The notes beneath the pieces are model-generated. The model saw only the letters and a list, made by a program, of their open reading frames with translations, did no database searches and had not been told where the DNA came from. A stretch of DNA of 52,660 nucleotides from Candidatus Ratteibacteria bacterium (GTDB lineage Bacteria; CAZDME01; JAYEMH01): contig JAYEMH010000005.1 in NCBI GenBank assembly GCA_034717985.1, forward strand, positions 1 to 52,660, in the 5' to 3' direction. This document shows, one piece after another, positions 17,532-28,551 of this stretch. Numbering within the stretch: the stretch's first letter is position 1; every line of letters starts with the position of its first letter. Both the position numbers and the translations under genes were made by a program.

Positions 17532-18938
17532 CTACCATCTGCTTCTTACCGTATAGGTAACAACCGTTTCCCGGTCTTTTACGACATCAACCGTAAATTC
17601 AATCGTATAGGCATCTTTGTTAATGTAGTCATGCGTCGTCCGGGTAATCCGCCATTCTCTGCCGCCGGGGATATGCTCCACCACCAGAATTTCCACATCA
17701 CTATCTTTATGATTACGCAGTTTAATTTCATAGGTATCATCCTGTATCCGCTTGCTGATGCGCTCGGTTTTAACGCGCTTTCTTTCTCCGACCAGATCAA
17801 AGGCATCGCCCACATAGAGGCGGAACTTTTCATCCTTGGGGGTATGTTCAATTAAATCCTCCCCGACAAATTGGAGGCTGCCTTCCTGGTCAGCTTTATA
17901 AACTCTGACCTTCCCTTTGGGTAAAGCCATACCCAGGCCAAGTTCCCGGCGATTTTCCAGCTCCAGTTTTACGTTAATTTTTTTCTTTCGCCGGGCAATT
18001 ATCCAGCCATATGGACCGGACATATCAAAAACATAAAGTTTTTTGACCGCAACACCCGGCGCCGATAACAGGGTGATTTGCTTAATCTGGTTATCCTTAA
18101 GAGTAACCAGGCGCGGCAGGCTATACAGATGATATTCAAAAAAGGGCATCTCTTTAAAACCTTCTTTCCCCATTCTTGCCGTTTTAAGTTCTCCCCCGAA
18201 TACCAGAGAAGGCTTTTTCCCGGCCAAATGTATCTCGCCGGCTACCAATTTAAGTTTGGCGTTTTGATAAGCGGCACCGCTTCGGTTATCAATGCTCACC
18301 CAGCCGGATAAATCCAGTTTGGTGTCATCGTTGTTTACCACCGCCACATAATCTGCTTGCCAGTTAATCCCTTCGGTAAGATAAGAAACCTCGATGGTTT
18401 GCCCGCCGGCCTTCTGAGCCATTACCTCCCATGCCAGGGTGGGTTTGGTGATTAAACCTTCGGGCAAAACCGGAAAAAGGATAGTTTGGATATTATCGTT
18501 ACGATGAATAAGATTAATTGTGCCGCTTTCCCTGCCGGAGCCCAGAATGATTTGTCCCTGGTCAAAGCTTAAAAGAAACCCTTCATAGGTTTTGCCGTCT
18601 TTGGTTTGCACCCGAATCTTTCGGTCAACATATTTCTGGAGGAGTTTACCGCCGCTTAGCAGGTCATACTCATAATTTTGTTCCCGAATAGAGCAGGCCT
18701 CCGGGTCACTGATAGATTTGAAATGGACGCTGGTCGGGTCAATAAGAGAGGCGACTTCCTTTAAAGAGACGCGATTTAATCCCTTTTTAAAAGGCATTAA
18801 GCGTCTGTCCTTGACCAAGGCCAGATTCTGGTTATAGACGGTTAGCTCCAGCCTCGGCGACTTTTCTTGGGCCCAAATTTCAAAAGTTAGCATTAAACCA
18901 ATGGTGATAATTCCAAAAATAAAAAATAATTTTTTCAT
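17532..18938 (-). CDS. Secreted DUF4139-like protein
   Basis: The start is reassigned to the ATG at 18938 (AAGGAGAGGA RBS; MKKLFFIFGIITIGLMLTFEIWA signal peptide). LELTVYNQNLALVKDRR... resembles my recollection of the DUF4139/DUF4140 family. The first 34 codons of the track ORF lie in an intergenic repeat. Confidence 0.55.
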   Translation of the reverse strand: MKKLFFIFGIITIGLMLTFEIWAQEKSPRLELTVYNQNLALVKDRRLMPFKKGLNRVSLKEVASLIDPTSVHFKSISDPEACSIREQNYEYDLLSGGKLLQKYVDRKIRVQTKDGKTYEGFLLSFDQGQIILGSGRESGTINLIHRNDNIQTILFPVLPEGLITKPTLAWEVMAQKAGGQTIEVSYLTEGINWQADYVAVVNNDDTKLDLSGWVSIDNRSGAAYQNAKLKLVAGEIHLAGKKPSLVFGGELKTARMGKEGFKEMPFFEYHLYSLPRLVTLKDNQIKQITLLSAPGVAVKKLYVFDMSGPYGWIIARRKKKINVKLELENRRELGLGMALPKGKVRVYKADQEGSLQFVGEDLIEHTPKDEKFRLYVGDAFDLVGERKRVKTERISKRIQDDTYEIKLRNHKDSDVEILVVEHIPGGREWRITRTTHDYINKDAYTIEFTVDVVKDRETVVTYTVRSRW

Positions 18939-19162
18939 CTTCCTCTCCTTTGTCATACAATCGGTGCTGCCAAAAATATCTATTAAATCACCGACACCCA
19001 AGATACAAGATACAAACAAATTCCAATCACCAATAATCAATCACCAAACCTATCAGTTTATTACTAATTTTTTTATATCTTTTGGTTATTGGAATCTGGG
19101 TATTGGGTATTATTTGGTTATTGTCTCTTGGTTATTGTATCTTGGGCATTCTATCTTGGTTA
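18939..19162 (-). repeat. Composite intergenic repeat, copy D (minus orientation)
   Basis: The reverse complement of 18963-18992 is GGTGATTTAATAGATATTTTTGGCAGCACC, the conserved gene-proximal core also found at 38687-38716, 45739-45770 and 49906-49935. It is flanked by GGTGATT/GGTTATT word-rich arms. Confidence 0.75.
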
Positions 19163-19603
19163 TCATACATCAAAAATAATCTCTACCGAACAAATCCCGC
19201 CGTTGTTTTTTTTTATGGTTAAGTTATGGTAGGTAACGGCCTTAATCTCGCGTTTAAGAGGGGTCTTATTATACTCGATTTTCTGCCCTTTTACTGCGGC
19301 CGTCAAAAAAAATTTATTTTCTCTTTCGCCGAGGGAAGAAATGTCAAACTCTATCCCCAGCCAGCGCTCCTCCGTCAGCTTATACAGCAATTCACCCAGC
19401 CAGCTGACTAACAACTCCTCGACGCTTAAACCGGAAACCTTAATCCTCGTTTCTTCCCGGGGAGTGAAATCATTTAGGTCATCCAGCACCAGGCTCAACA
19501 TCCCCCTGGCCGCAGTAGAAAAAAGCTCTTTTAAATCCCGGCCAAAAACGCGTAAGCCAATATCAGCCGTATGGGGAATTATTTCATACCTTGCCATTGG
19601 CAT
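19163..19603 (-). CDS. Archease
   Basis: [28 protein letters not shown]... and the C-terminal AVTYHNL.. fit the archease pattern (..HTAD...). The start at 19603 or 19597 overlaps the gyrA 3' end by 14-20 nt. Confidence 0.8.
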   Translation of the reverse strand: MPMARYEIIPHTADIGLRVFGRDLKELFSTAARGMLSLVLDDLNDFTPREETRIKVSGLSVEELLVSWLGELLYKLTEERWLGIEFDISSLGERENKFFLTAAVKGQKIEYNKTPLKREIKAVTYHNLTIKKNNGGICSVEIIFDV

Positions 19604-22049
19604 CTTGTTCGTAACTGAACACCGGGGCAATCGCCCTGACTTGATCGCCGGATTTCAGGGTGATTAAACGCACCCCCTGGGTGCTGCGGCCCATCACCCG
19701 AATGGGCTTGATGGGAATACGAATTATCATTCCGTGGGCGGTGATAATCATTACCTCATCTTCGTCTTTAACCGATTCAATCCCCACCACGCTGCCTTTG
19801 CGCTCCCCCACTTTAATATTAATCACCCCGCTGCCCCCGCGGCTCTGAGAGCGATAGGCCTTAAATTGCGTTCGTTTCCCGTATCCCTGATTGGTAACGG
19901 TCAGAAGAGCCATCTCTTTCTGGACAATTTTCATGCCGACCACTTTATCTTCTTTGGTCAGCCTGATTCCTTTAACCCCTCTGGCGGCCCGGGCTATCGG
20001 CCGAACATCTTTCTCAGAGAAGCGGATACATTTGCCCTGGCGGGTTGCCAGGAGGATTTCTTCCTTACCGCTGGTCAGGATAACGTTAACAAGTTTATCT
20101 TCCTCATCTATCTTTATCGCCGCAATTCCCCCTTTGCGCGGGCGGCTATAAGCCTCTAAATTAGTTTTTTTAACCACGCCCTTTTCGGTGGCCATCAACA
20201 AAAAGTGCCGGCTGTCAAACTTTCTAACCGGGATAGTGGCCGAAATGCTTTCCTGGCTGTTCAGCCGGAGCAGATTAACGATGGCTTTTCCTTTGGAAAG
20301 ACGCCCGGCTTGAGGAATTTCGTAAACCTTAACCCAATAAACCCGGCCCCCATCGGTGAAAACCAGAATATAGTCGTGGGTGGAGGCAATGAAAAAATGT
20401 TCGATAAAATCTTCCTCTTTAGTTCCGGCGCCGGTGACGCCCTTGCCCCCCCTTGCCTGTCTTCGGTAGGTGCTGACCGGGAGCCGCTTGATATATCCGG
20501 TGTGGGATATGGTAATAATCATATCTTCCTCGGCGATTAAATCCTCTATGGCTAACTCTTCTTCCTCTTCGACAATCTCTGTCCTCCGGGGATCGCTATA
20601 TTTATCCTTGATTACTAATAATTCCTCTTTAATTACCTCCCAGACCTTTTTCTCGCTGCCTAAAATAGCCTGAAGCCGTTCGATATTCTTAATTAGCTCC
20701 AAATATTCAGCGTCGATTTTATCTCTCTCCAGGCGGGTGAGACGCTGTAAGCGCATATCAAGAATAGCCTGGGCCTGTTCCCGGCTCAACTTAAAATTAA
20801 TCATCAATTTCTCGCGGGCTGCCTCCGGGCTTGAGGCACTGCGAATTGTTTTAATGACCGCATCGAGATTTTTTAAAGCAACCTTTAATCCTTCCAGAAT
20901 ATGGGCCCGTTTTTCGGCTCCCCGGAGCTCAAATTGACTCCGCCTGACCACCACCACCCGGCGATGGTCCAGATAGTGATGGAGCATCTGTGAAAGATTG
21001 AGAACCCTGGGCTGGCCGTGAACCAGGGCCAGTAGAATTATCCCGAAAGTGCTTTGAAGCTGGGTGTGCTTATTCAGTTGATTAAGGACCGTCCGGGGTT
21101 CAGCGTCCCGTTTCAACTCAACAATAATGCGTATCCCATCTTTATCTGATTCATCCCTGAGGTCGCTCGCTCCTTCAACCCGCCCGCTTCGGATGAGTCC
21201 GGCAATAGATTCAAGCAAAGAAGATTTGTTGACCTGGAAAGGAATTTCGCTGATGACAATATTTGCCTTGCCGCTTTTTATTTCTTCGATATTCGTCCGC
21301 GCCCTCATTTTTATAATCCCCCGCCCGGTCCGATAGGCGGTTTTAATCGCCTTGTTTCCCAAAACAAAGGCTCCGGTAGGAAAATCCGGCCCGGGAATAT
21401 GCTCCATTAGTTCCTCAACCCCGGCCTCTGGATTATCAATCAGGTAAAGCAGGCCGCCAATAACCTCACCCAAATTGTGCGGCGGGATGTTACAGGCCAT
21501 ACCCACGGCAATCCCTGAAGAGCCGTTAACCAAAAGGCTGGGTATGCCCGCCGGTAAAACACGCGGCTCCTGAAGGGATTCATCAAAATTGAGGGAGAAA
21601 TCAACTGTTTCTTTTTCAATATCATGAAGCATCTCTTCGCTTATCGGCGCCAGCCGCGCCTCGGTATATCTCATCGCCGCCGCCGCATCTCCGTCAATCG
21701 AACCCCAGTTTCCCTGGCCGTCAATGAAGGGATAGCGCGAGGCAAACTCCTGAACTAAACGGACCATGGTGTCATAAACAGCCATATCGCCATGCGGGTG
21801 ATATTTCCCTAATGTCTCTCCCACGATGCGGGCGGATTTCTTATAAGGTTTATTGGCCGTCATCCCCATATCATACATCGCATAGAGAATCCGTCGGTGG
21901 ACGGGCTTTAATCCGTCACGCACGTCAGGAAGGGCCCGGCCCACAATTACGCTCATTGCATAATCAAGATAAGACTTCTGCATCTCATCTTCAATATTTA
22001 CGGGAATAATCTTTTCTCTCCGTTCAGCTTTTTCTTTTTGTTCAACCAT
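19584..22049 (-). CDS. gyrA: DNA gyrase subunit A
   Basis: 821 aa. It contains [12 protein letters not shown] and AAAMRYTE (the active-site Tyr region), followed by C-terminal beta-pinwheel repeats. Confidence 0.97.
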   Translation of the reverse strand: MVEQKEKAERREKIIPVNIEDEMQKSYLDYAMSVIVGRALPDVRDGLKPVHRRILYAMYDMGMTANKPYKKSARIVGETLGKYHPHGDMAVYDTMVRLVQEFASRYPFIDGQGNWGSIDGDAAAAMRYTEARLAPISEEMLHDIEKETVDFSLNFDESLQEPRVLPAGIPSLLVNGSSGIAVGMACNIPPHNLGEVIGGLLYLIDNPEAGVEELMEHIPGPDFPTGAFVLGNKAIKTAYRTGRGIIKMRARTNIEEIKSGKANIVISEIPFQVNKSSLLESIAGLIRSGRVEGASDLRDESDKDGIRIIVELKRDAEPRTVLNQLNKHTQLQSTFGIILLALVHGQPRVLNLSQMLHHYLDHRRVVVVRRSQFELRGAEKRAHILEGLKVALKNLDAVIKTIRSASSPEAAREKLMINFKLSREQAQAILDMRLQRLTRLERDKIDAEYLELIKNIERLQAILGSEKKVWEVIKEELLVIKDKYSDPRRTEIVEEEEELAIEDLIAEEDMIITISHTGYIKRLPVSTYRRQARGGKGVTGAGTKEEDFIEHFFIASTHDYILVFTDGGRVYWVKVYEIPQAGRLSKGKAIVNLLRLNSQESISATIPVRKFDSRHFLLMATEKGVVKKTNLEAYSRPRKGGIAAIKIDEEDKLVNVILTSGKEEILLATRQGKCIRFSEKDVRPIARAARGVKGIRLTKEDKVVGMKIVQKEMALLTVTNQGYGKRTQFKAYRSQSRGGSGVINIKVGERKGSVVGIESVKDEDEVMIITAHGMIIRIPIKPIRVMGRSTQGVRLITLKSGDQVRAIAPVFSYEQDANGKV

Positions 22050-22087
22050 TTAAAACTCCTTTTAAGTCTCCGTCTTTTTTCTAAATT

Positions 22088-22109
22088 CTATGGAAGCCCG
22101 ACTTCGATA
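22088..22109. repeat. Short hairpin repeat CTATGGAAGCCCGACTTCGATA in the gyrA leader
   Basis: The same 22-23-nt hairpin recurs at 28517-28539 and 47991-48013. Confidence 0.7.
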
Positions 22110-22137
22110 ATCATTTTTCCCAAAACCAATCTGTTTT

Positions 22138-22166
22138 AGTATCCCATAAAAAAAAAGAGAAGTCAA
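22138..22166 (-). promoter_or_regulatory. Candidate gyrA promoter: TTGACT, 17-nt spacer, GATACT (minus strand)
   Basis: Reverse complements are agtcaa at 22161-22166 and agtatc at 22138-22143, with a 17-nt spacer. Confidence 0.4.
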
Positions 22167-22199
22167 TAAAAAAACCCCGTCGTAAAACGGGGTTTTTTT
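22165..22199 (-). terminator. Bidirectional intrinsic terminator
   Basis: AAAAAAACCCCGTcgtaaaACGGGGTTTTTTT lies directly downstream of the 22234-22947 gene. Confidence 0.75.
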
Positions 22200-22233
22200 C
22201 TCCATTCCATCATTTAGCAGGGAGAGTTCTGGT

Positions 22234-22947
22234 TCAGCGCTTTAATCCTGTAAACCTCGTTAGAGAATCCCTTTTGCCTCTGTCACTTCTTTCCAGATAC
22301 TTTTGCGCATCATTGTTTCCCTTAACATCCTTCTCTGACGGGGTAAATCCTGTCCGAAATTCTTTTTTTGGTCTAAACCTTTCGCGGCCCGGGTCAAATA
22401 GATTCTTTTTCGCCCTCAGGCGAAGTTTTGGTGCTGTCCCTTCCCGAGTAGGCGGTGCTTTTACGAACTCCCGGCCATTTTTGGCAAATTCTTTTACTTT
22501 AGCAAATAATAATTCTTTGAGTTCTCTTCTCTTTTCGGCCGTTTTGATTTTTTGAGTTATCTTTTTCACTATTTTTATACTGGCAGATACGGTCTTTTTT
22601 CCAATTTTGCTTTCGGCCCATCCCCTTAGCTTCTCCATATCCGCCTTAAACGCCGATAAATCAAAATCAGGTTTAGGAAAATTGTTGAAAAGGCGGGTTC
22701 CCCGGGCCGGGGGGGTAACCGGGCCCGAGGGTTTGGGGATAAAGGGGTTAAATTGGGCTTTAGCGTTGGGGATATGGGCGCGGGCAAAAACTTTCTCGTT
22801 TATCTCTCTAAAATAGATTCTTTGGTCAAGGGTTTGCTTTATGTTTTTAAATGAATTGGGTATGTTTATACCCCAGGCAGCATTGGATTGAAACAAAACT
22901 CCAATTATAATAATAGATATGAATAACTTTTTCTTACTTCTTTTCAT
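22234..22947 (-). CDS. Secreted basic protein, no recognisable family
   Basis: ATG at 22947 gives MKRSKKKLFISIIIIGVLFQSNAAWG (signal peptide). The rest is lysine/arginine/proline-rich. Confidence 0.55.
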   Translation of the reverse strand: MKRSKKKLFISIIIIGVLFQSNAAWGINIPNSFKNIKQTLDQRIYFREINEKVFARAHIPNAKAQFNPFIPKPSGPVTPPARGTRLFNNFPKPDFDLSAFKADMEKLRGWAESKIGKKTVSASIKIVKKITQKIKTAEKRRELKELLFAKVKEFAKNGREFVKAPPTREGTAPKLRLRAKKNLFDPGRERFRPKKEFRTGFTPSEKDVKGNNDAQKYLERSDRGKRDSLTRFTGLKR

Positions 22948-23170
22948 TCCCAACACCACTTTGTTTAATTACCAACCCCGGCTTGACAATGTGGGCAATA
23001 GATGTATGCTTTCCGGCCTTTTTCAAAACAAGAAACTCAGTAAAGGGTGGAGCGGAACTAACAAACATCAAGCAGAGGAAAAAAGCGCTTCCTTTGAGCA
23101 ATGCCTGGTTGATACACCTGTCAGCCGAACGACACAGGGTAATTACCGCTTTCTGCCTCTCGCTCAACAT
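22934..23170 (-). CDS. Possible 78-aa small protein between the second riboswitch-like leader and the 22947 gene
   Basis: A GGAGAGG RBS lies 3 nt before the ATG at 23170, and there is one hydrophobic segment (AFFLCLMFVSSAPPF). There is no homology support, and it overlaps the next start. Confidence 0.2.
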   Translation of the reverse strand: MLSERQKAVITLCRSADRCINQALLKGSAFFLCLMFVSSAPPFTEFLVLKKAGKHTSIAHIVKPGLVIKQSGVGNEKK

Positions 23171-23214
23171 TTTCCTCTCCTTCTTGGTTTTCAAAATCCC
23201 TGTCTATCCGTGTT

Positions 23215-23360
23215 AACAAAAAAGCCGAACTCCCAAAGTTTCTTTATCCTCCGGCAGCCCGGCTATCCTTCGATAAACTCAGGATCCGTGGCTTTGCTTG
23301 CCCTGAACCCTACGTTGGTTCAGGGCGTCCCTGCCTTACGGCAGGTTTGCCTTTTTCGGG
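23215..23360 (-). promoter_or_regulatory. GEMM-I (c-di-GMP-I)-like riboswitch, copy 2, with an extra inserted hairpin
   Basis: Minus-strand RNA: AAAAAGGCAAACCUGCCGUAAGGCAGGGACGC[CCUGAACCAACGUAGGGUUCAGG]GCAAGCAAAGCCACGGAUCCUGAGUUUAUCGAAGGAUAGCCGGGCUGCCGGAGG. This is followed by a weaker hairpin and UUUUUU. About 47 nt are nearly identical to copy 1. Confidence 0.6.
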
Positions 23361-23385
23361 ATTTTCTCACCCTCGAAAAACCCTG

Positions 23386-25716
23386 CTAACGAGACTTTAT
23401 CGGGTTGAAAATGCTGCGTTGAGACTCTTTCGGCTTATATCCTCCAGAATAACCACCATTCCTGGAAGATTTCTTAACTGCGACAGGGATGCTGCTTCGT
23501 ATAGTTGTGCTTGGCAGCTTAATTTTATTACCTCCGCGCCTTCTCACAGCTTTCTTCTTTATAGCAAAGGCATCTGCCGGAATGGGTCCAAGCCTCTCCA
23601 TCCGTATTCCCCTCGCCGCTTCTTTCTGAGCACGTCTCTTTTTATACTCTTTTTTTCTTGCTTCTTTCTTGGCCGCGTTCTCCGCTTGTTCCTTTGCTCG
23701 TCTTTTTTCTATCTTTTCCATCCGTGCTTTTCTTGCCGCTTCTCTCTTGGCCAGCAATTCAGCGCGTCTCTTTTCTCGCTCTTCTCTTTTCGCTTTCATC
23801 TCCGCTTCTTTCTTGGCCGCGTTCTCCGCTTGTTCCTTTGCTCGTCTTTTTTCTATCTTTTCCATCCGCGCTTTTCTTGCCGCTTCTACCTTGGCCTTTC
23901 TCTCAGCCCGCAATTCAGCGCGTCTCTTTTCTCGCTCTTCTCTTTTCGCTTCCATCTCCGCCCGATAAGCAGCAAGTTTTTCCTTATGTTTTTCTATCCT
24001 GGCTCTAAAAGCCGCTCTTCTTGCTTCTTTCCTGCCCTTTCTCTCCTCCTGAGCAGCAGCAATTTTCTCTTTACGCTCTTTCCTTCTCGCTTCCATTTCC
24101 GCCCGATGAGCGGCAATCTCGGCCTGATAAAGAGTGTTCTTCTCTTTGTGCTCTCCTCTTTCGACCTCTCTTTCAGCCCGATCTACCGTATGTTTCTCCT
24201 TAAGCTCCGCAATTTTCGCTTCCATCTCCGCCCGATAAGCAGCAAGTTTTTCCTTATGTTTTTCTATCCTGGCTTTAAAAGCCGCTCTTCTTGCCTCTTT
24301 CCTGGCCTTTCTCTCAGCTCGCATTGATGTATATTTCTCTTTAAGCTCTTCTTTTTTCGTTTTTATTACCTCTTTCGCAGTTTCCTTAGTGTCCCAGATG
24401 GACCCCTGCTTTTCCTCGATGGTGTCGAGGTCGTTTGCGATCGTGCTGGTGTCAACCGTTGCTGGCGTTGTAGTGTTACCAATGACAATCTCTTCTCTTG
24501 CCTCGCCTCCAATGACAATCTCTTCCCTTGGATTACCACCTATTTCCACTGCTTCCTTATCTGTTACGATGGTTTCAGGTTGAGTGTTTATATTAACCAG
24601 ATAATTCTTTGCTATCTGCAGCTTCTCTATGTTAGAAGGATCCGATTCTCTTTCCATCTGCCTTTCTATGGTGCCAATCATTCCTTGTATGCTTTTTAGA
24701 TAGTCATCCTCTGCCTCGGGAGTGATAACTGTTGTCCCTGCTGGATTCAGGACAGTAATTTCTCCGGTTACAAGGTCTAAGGTGCTTATTCCAAATCCTC
24801 CCGAAGCTCCACTTTCTTCTGTCTGAAGTTTATCGTCCGTGGCTATAGTTGCTCTTTTAGCTACTGCAACTCCACTAGGGAGTTCATCTAAAGTAACTAT
24901 ATCCATTTCCGGTAGTACTGTTCCCGGCTCTTCTGGAGCTGGCTCGTCCGCCCCACCAATGACAATCTCTTCTCTTGCCTTACCACCAATGACAATCTCG
25001 TCCCTTGGCTCGCCACCAATGACAATCTCTTCTCTTGGTTCACCACCAATGACGATTTCTTCCTCCCTCGGTGTAAGGAGTTCATCCTCGGGGTCGGTAA
25101 CCGTGGCATCAGTGTCCCAGCTGGACCCCTGCTTTTCCTCGATGGTGTCGAGGTTGTTTGCGATCGTGCTGGTGTCAACCGTTGCTGGCGTTGTAGTGTT
25201 ACCAATGACAATCTCTTCTCTTGGCTCGCCTCCAATGACATACGCTTCCGCTGGCACTGTAGCCGCATCTTCAGATGTATATTTCTCTTTAAGCTCTTCT
25301 TTTTTCGTTTTCCTCTCCGCCCGAGCTGCAACCTTCTCTACATGTCTTCCTTTTGTCTCTTTGAAATCGGCTCGAGTATCCAATGGTTGCTCTTTTGCCA
25401 AATCGTCATTTTCTTTCCATGTGTAATAAAGCTCTATCTCTTTCTCTGTCAACGGTGTAATCACCTGGGCGTAGAACATACCCGGCTCATGAATGCCCCG
25501 TCCGGCATCCCGCCAACATAATTGTCCATTTTCAACAATTACTCGAGACCAATCAGGCTTCAGGGTATCATCGGCAAATGCCTTATCAACTCCCAGAATT
25601 AAAAACATCCCTGCTACCACTAATACTATTAATCCTGCTTTACTTATTCTAATCATTTTATTTCCCTTCCTTTTTTTCCGCTTTGGTTGTTTTGCCTCTT
25701 TGTTTATCATTTCCAT
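23386..25716 (-). CDS. Large secreted repeat protein with GGEPREEIVIG repeats and a long Lys/Arg/Glu/Ala coiled-coil region
   Basis: The start is at ATG 25716 or 25710, after the leader terminator. MIRISKAGLIVLVVAGMFLILG is a signal/anchor. It has 11-aa (I)VIGGEPREE repeats, a duplicated NTTTPATVDTSTIAN.LDTIEEKQGS.WDT module, and C-terminal AERKARKEARRAAFKARIEKHKEKLAAYRAEMEAK-type repeats. Confidence 0.75.
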   Translation of the reverse strand: MEMINKEAKQPKRKKRKGNKMIRISKAGLIVLVVAGMFLILGVDKAFADDTLKPDWSRVIVENGQLCWRDAGRGIHEPGMFYAQVITPLTEKEIELYYTWKENDDLAKEQPLDTRADFKETKGRHVEKVAARAERKTKKEELKEKYTSEDAATVPAEAYVIGGEPREEIVIGNTTTPATVDTSTIANNLDTIEEKQGSSWDTDATVTDPEDELLTPREEEIVIGGEPREEIVIGGEPRDEIVIGGKAREEIVIGGADEPAPEEPGTVLPEMDIVTLDELPSGVAVAKRATIATDDKLQTEESGASGGFGISTLDLVTGEITVLNPAGTTVITPEAEDDYLKSIQGMIGTIERQMERESDPSNIEKLQIAKNYLVNINTQPETIVTDKEAVEIGGNPREEIVIGGEAREEIVIGNTTTPATVDTSTIANDLDTIEEKQGSIWDTKETAKEVIKTKKEELKEKYTSMRAERKARKEARRAAFKARIEKHKEKLAAYRAEMEAKIAELKEKHTVDRAEREVERGEHKEKNTLYQAEIAAHRAEMEARRKERKEKIAAAQEERKGRKEARRAAFRARIEKHKEKLAAYRAEMEAKREEREKRRAELRAERKAKVEAARKARMEKIEKRRAKEQAENAAKKEAEMKAKREEREKRRAELLAKREAARKARMEKIEKRRAKEQAENAAKKEARKKEYKKRRAQKEAARGIRMERLGPIPADAFAIKKKAVRRRGGNKIKLPSTTIRSSIPVAVKKSSRNGGYSGGYKPKESQRSIFNPIKSR

Positions 25717-25736
25717 TTCACCTACATCCTCACTAA

Positions 25737-25854
25737 TAAAAAATCCGGATTGCCTTCCCTTCGGCAACCCGGCTTTCCTTCGATAAACTCAGGATCCGTG
25801 GCTTTGCGACTCCACCTTGCGATGAATTAGCCTTTTTCGGTCTTTTTCGATTTC
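25737..25854 (-). promoter_or_regulatory. GEMM-I (c-di-GMP-I)-like riboswitch, copy 1, with an overlapping intrinsic terminator
   Basis: Minus-strand RNA: AAAAAGGCUAAUUCAUCGCAAGGUGGAGUCGCAAAGCCACGGAUCCUGAGUUUAUCGAAGGAAAGCCGGGUUGCCGAAGG. It is followed by the stem CCGGGUUGCC/GGCAAUCCGG (10 bp) and UUUUUU. The blocks match recalled Vc2/GEMM-I conserved segments (GGCAAAC, GNRA hairpin, ACGCAAAGCC, GGGGUUACCGAUGG). Confidence 0.75.
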
Positions 25855-25860
25855 ATTGTA

Positions 25861-25889
25861 AGTATAGCATAAAATCTGCCCTTTGTCAA
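25861..25889 (-). promoter_or_regulatory. Sigma70-like promoter of the riboswitch leader: TTGACA, 17-nt spacer, TATACT (minus strand)
   Basis: Reverse complements are tgtcaa at 25884-25889 and agtata at 25861-25866, with a 17-nt spacer. Confidence 0.6.
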
Positions 25890-25943
25890 ATTTTTTTTGT
25901 TTTTTTTGGGATTCCCCTTCCAACCAGCACGGATGGACTGGGA

Positions 25944-28436
<2,493 letters not shown>

Positions 28437-28516
28437 TTACGGGAAACGGTAAACGTAAGAAGGGAAAAGGCCATCTCCCTTCTCTCGTCTCCCGTCTACC
28501 ATTTACCACAATAGAA

Positions 28517-28539
28517 CTATGGAAGCCCGACTTCGATAG
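28517..28539. repeat. Short hairpin repeat CTATGGAAGCCCGACTTCGATAG upstream of gyrB
   Basis: This is the same element as at 22088-22109 and 47991-48013. Confidence 0.7.
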
Positions 28540-28551
28540 TATTGTTTTTCG

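Noticed and set aside
18939-19040. N-terminal 34 codons of the track ORF 17532-19040
   Set aside because: They are encoded by the conserved core of the composite repeat. A strong RBS and a signal peptide start at ATG 18938.
23347-24327. 326-aa plus-strand ORF (plus 23658-24008, 23669-23968, 24839-25426 and others) opposite the large repeat protein
   Set aside because: It has an extremely low-complexity F/L/S-rich translation and no start context. It stays open only because the opposite strand encodes A/E/K/R repeats. The promoter, riboswitch, signal peptide and terminator all support the minus-strand gene.
25717-25767. N-terminal 17-19 codons of the track ORF 23386-25767 (MPKGRQSGFFISEDVGE)
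   Set aside because: These codons are the terminator hairpin and U-tract of the riboswitch leader. RBS-like AGGUGA precedes the ATGs at 25716 and 25710.
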